Assembly: GCF_963921235.1 (NCBI RefSeq)
Contig: NC_086108.1
Location: forward strand, 5,146,001 to 5,210,000
Length of the DNA stretch: 64,000 bases
Direction of reading: 5' to 3'
Source: Mobula hypostoma
Lineage: Eukaryota
Below, one piece after another: positions 61,866-64,000 of the stretch; the stretch's first letter is position 1, and each line of letters opens with the position of its first letter. Under the pieces are notes generated by a model. The model was not told where the DNA came from and did no database searches. It saw nothing but the letters and a program-made list of their open reading frames with translations. A program made the translations under genes and the position numbers.

Positions 61866-61899
61866 CTAACTCCCTGAATCGTGAGATCACAGATGACCG

Positions 61900-62075
61900 T
61901 GGCTCTGTTACATGCCAGTTGTCCTACTGTAGCACCAGTGAGCCGGGTTTAGTTCCACTGCTGTCTGTAAGGAGTTGGTACGTTCTTCCCATGACCACAT
62001 GGGTTTCCTCCGGGTGCTCTGGTTTCCTCCCACATTCCAAAGACATATGGATTAGTAGGTTAGTTAATCACATGG
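61900..62075 (+). mobile_element. tRNA-SINE fragment
   Basis: CTGTCTGTAAGGAGTT...GGGTTTCCTCCGGGTGCTCTGGTTTCCTCCCAC core. Confidence 0.82.
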
Positions 62076-62488
62076 GTGACTTCTGAGCAACCACTTGCTG
62101 GTGGCAAATAAAATAAAGAAAACAACTAAATACTCTATTAAACGCACTTTTTCTGGTAAATAATCACTGCAAACAATAGCCTGTAATGTCCCTGTTGTTG
62201 TTGAACTGTTGAACTGCCTGTACGACATGACCTGACATTTTTGTGGTGAGAACTGAAGTCTTGAAGGTGAAGGAGGGTTGCGGCGCGGTGTGTACCGACC
62301 GAATCGAGGCGGCAAGAGGGAAATGAGACAATTAATGGCCATTGCTGGAGGCAATTCAATGTGACAGAACCGAGGCAAGGTGGAGCCTGGGCCCTAGAGC
62401 GAGGAACGGCCTGCAGTTTGATCGATTTCAGCACCGAGCCCAATTGGAAAGGTTCAGTATGGGTGAAGTTGAGGAGCCAGGGCTCAGG

Positions 62489-63335
62489 CCTGAGAACAAG
62501 GAATGACCTGAGATTGGGAGGTTTTAAGCGGCAGGCCGGATTGGAGGGGTTAGGGTATCGGGGCCAGAGGTGAGGGACGGGCTGGTTCAACTTGCTGCTC
62601 AGTGAGGTCTACTCGTCACTGTGCTGAACTGAAGCTGTGCCCTGCAACTAACAGGCTCCTGGATGGGCTGCAGGGATGGCTGTGGACTCACTTCTGTAAA
62701 CTTCAGCTTACTTTTACTGTTTGCATGATTTGTCTCTCTTTCTCTGCACATTGAGCGTTAGATGGTCTTTTGTTTTAATGGGCTCTGTTGGGTTTCGTTG
62801 TTACATGGCTGCCTGTTAGGAGAGGAATCTCAAGGTTGTATAAGGTACACATACTTTGACAATAAACGTACTTTGAACGTTGAATTGGGCAGCCCGGGCT
62901 TGTCGAGCCAGAAGGGTGTGTTACTGTGCTGTACCTCTAAACAAATGAGAAAAGTCAGTGTCCTGGCCACAGGAAGTCACGATGCTGGAAGACTGGAACC
63001 GTTGGTCACCAGAGCAGCCTGTCGGAGCTGAGTTACTGGAGTGATTCGTAAATCCCAGTCCCGGGACCGATGGATTAGAGCTGTTTAAACACCAGCTGCT
63101 TCATGTTCCTTCCCCAAGGCATTAACAGACCCAAGCACTGACTCATTTATAACCTTAGATTTTTATGGAATGAAATATTCTGCTTTTATTTTGTAACTGG
63201 ATGCTGGAATATTGTGTTCAGTTCTGGTCCATTATTGTAGGAAGGATATGGAAGGTCTGGAGAGGGTGCAGAGGAGGTTTACCAGGATGCTGCCTGGATT
63301 AGAGAGCGTGTCTTATCAGGACAGGTGAGCTCGAG
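62489..63335 (+). repeat. Right arm of the inverted duplication (partner 33845-34693)
   Basis: Begins CCTGAGAACAAGGAATGACCTGAG, the exact reverse complement of 34670-34693. Confidence 0.97.
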
Positions 63336-63825
63336 CTTTTTATTTTGGAGCAGCGGTTCCCAACCTGGGTCCAGAGACCCTTTGCTTAATGGTATTGGTT
63401 CAAAGCAGGTTGCGAACCCCAGCTTTAGAGCAAAGGTGGATGAGAGGTAACTCGACAGAGGAGTACGTGATGATCAGAAGCATAGATAGAGTGGACAGCC
63501 AGAGACTTTGTCCAAGGGCAGAAATGGCTAATATGAGGGGCCATAATATAAGGTGATTTGGGGAAAGCGTAGCAGGGATGTCGGACGTAGGTTTTTTACA
63601 CAGAGAATGGTGGGTGTGTGGAATATACTGAAAGGGCTGGTGGTAGAGGCAGATACACTAGGGACATTTAAGAAACTCTTAGATAGGCACATGGATGATA
63701 GAAAACATGGAGGGCTATGTGGGAAGGAAGGTTAGATCGATCTTGGAATAGGTTAAATCTGCAGCACATCTTTGTGGGCTGAGGAGCCTGTATGGTGCTG
63801 TGGTGTTCTGTACTTGATGTTCTAT
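63203..63825 (+). mobile_element. 5'-truncated CR1 3' fragment
   Basis: ORF 63553..63735 RRFFTQRMVGVWNIL...GTFKKLLDRHM. Confidence 0.9.
63351..63422. mobile_element. 72-bp hAT-type MITE inside CR1
   Basis: Imperfect TIRs CAGCGGTTCCCAACCTG / CAGGTTGCGAACCCCAG. Candidate 8-bp TSD TTTTGGAG / CTTTAGAG. Absent from the CR1 at about 33830. Confidence 0.72.
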
Positions 63826-64000
63826 GCCGAGATATCTGGGCCACCCGAACACGTGCTCTGCCAGTCAGCCAGCAAGTGAACAAAAAGGCTTTCTCATCCC
63901 CAGTTCCCCCCAAACTTGCTGATCTAGTTGTACTACCTCCAAGTGACCCTGAAGCATTGCTGGATGTTACAAGATGTCATCAAAAATGTTTGATGGTTGG

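Noticed and set aside
61249..61869. Cys/Pro-rich repeat protein (DPFQC repeats)
   Set aside because: It is a translation of the 17-18 bp minisatellite, with frames switching between units.

Overview
Eukaryotic DNA that is almost entirely repeats. The mix of CR1, L1/Tx1, Rex1, Penelope and tRNA-SINE elements resembles cartilaginous-fish (ray/shark) DNA; this taxonomic call is an inference. Bases 1-32018 are one G-skewed tandem array of a ~38-41 bp unit (AATCCCTGTACGAGTGTCAGTGGTTACAGTGA plus a variable G-run), roughly 800 copies. The ORFs called there are artefacts of the repeat, and it is not a CRISPR array. Bases 32-64 kb are nested, decayed retroelements: CR1 inside CR1, a full-length L1/Tx1-like LINE, Rex1-like fragments, a Penelope-like element (PLE), solo LTRs, SINEs and a hAT-type MITE. 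No intact host gene is recognisable; there is one weak exon candidate. The main signals are: (i) four palindromic non-autonomous PLE derivatives, each with a 12-15 bp target-site duplication (TSD) and minimal hammerhead ribozyme motifs, intact on both strands in the longest copy, next to a decayed autonomous PLE with the same terminus; (ii) a canonical NF-kB-type site at most satellite unit junctions; (iii) a near-identical ~0.85 kb inverted duplication about 28 kb apart; (iv) a fold-back LTR inserted in the PLE reverse transcriptase. All coordinates and identities were read by eye and are approximate.
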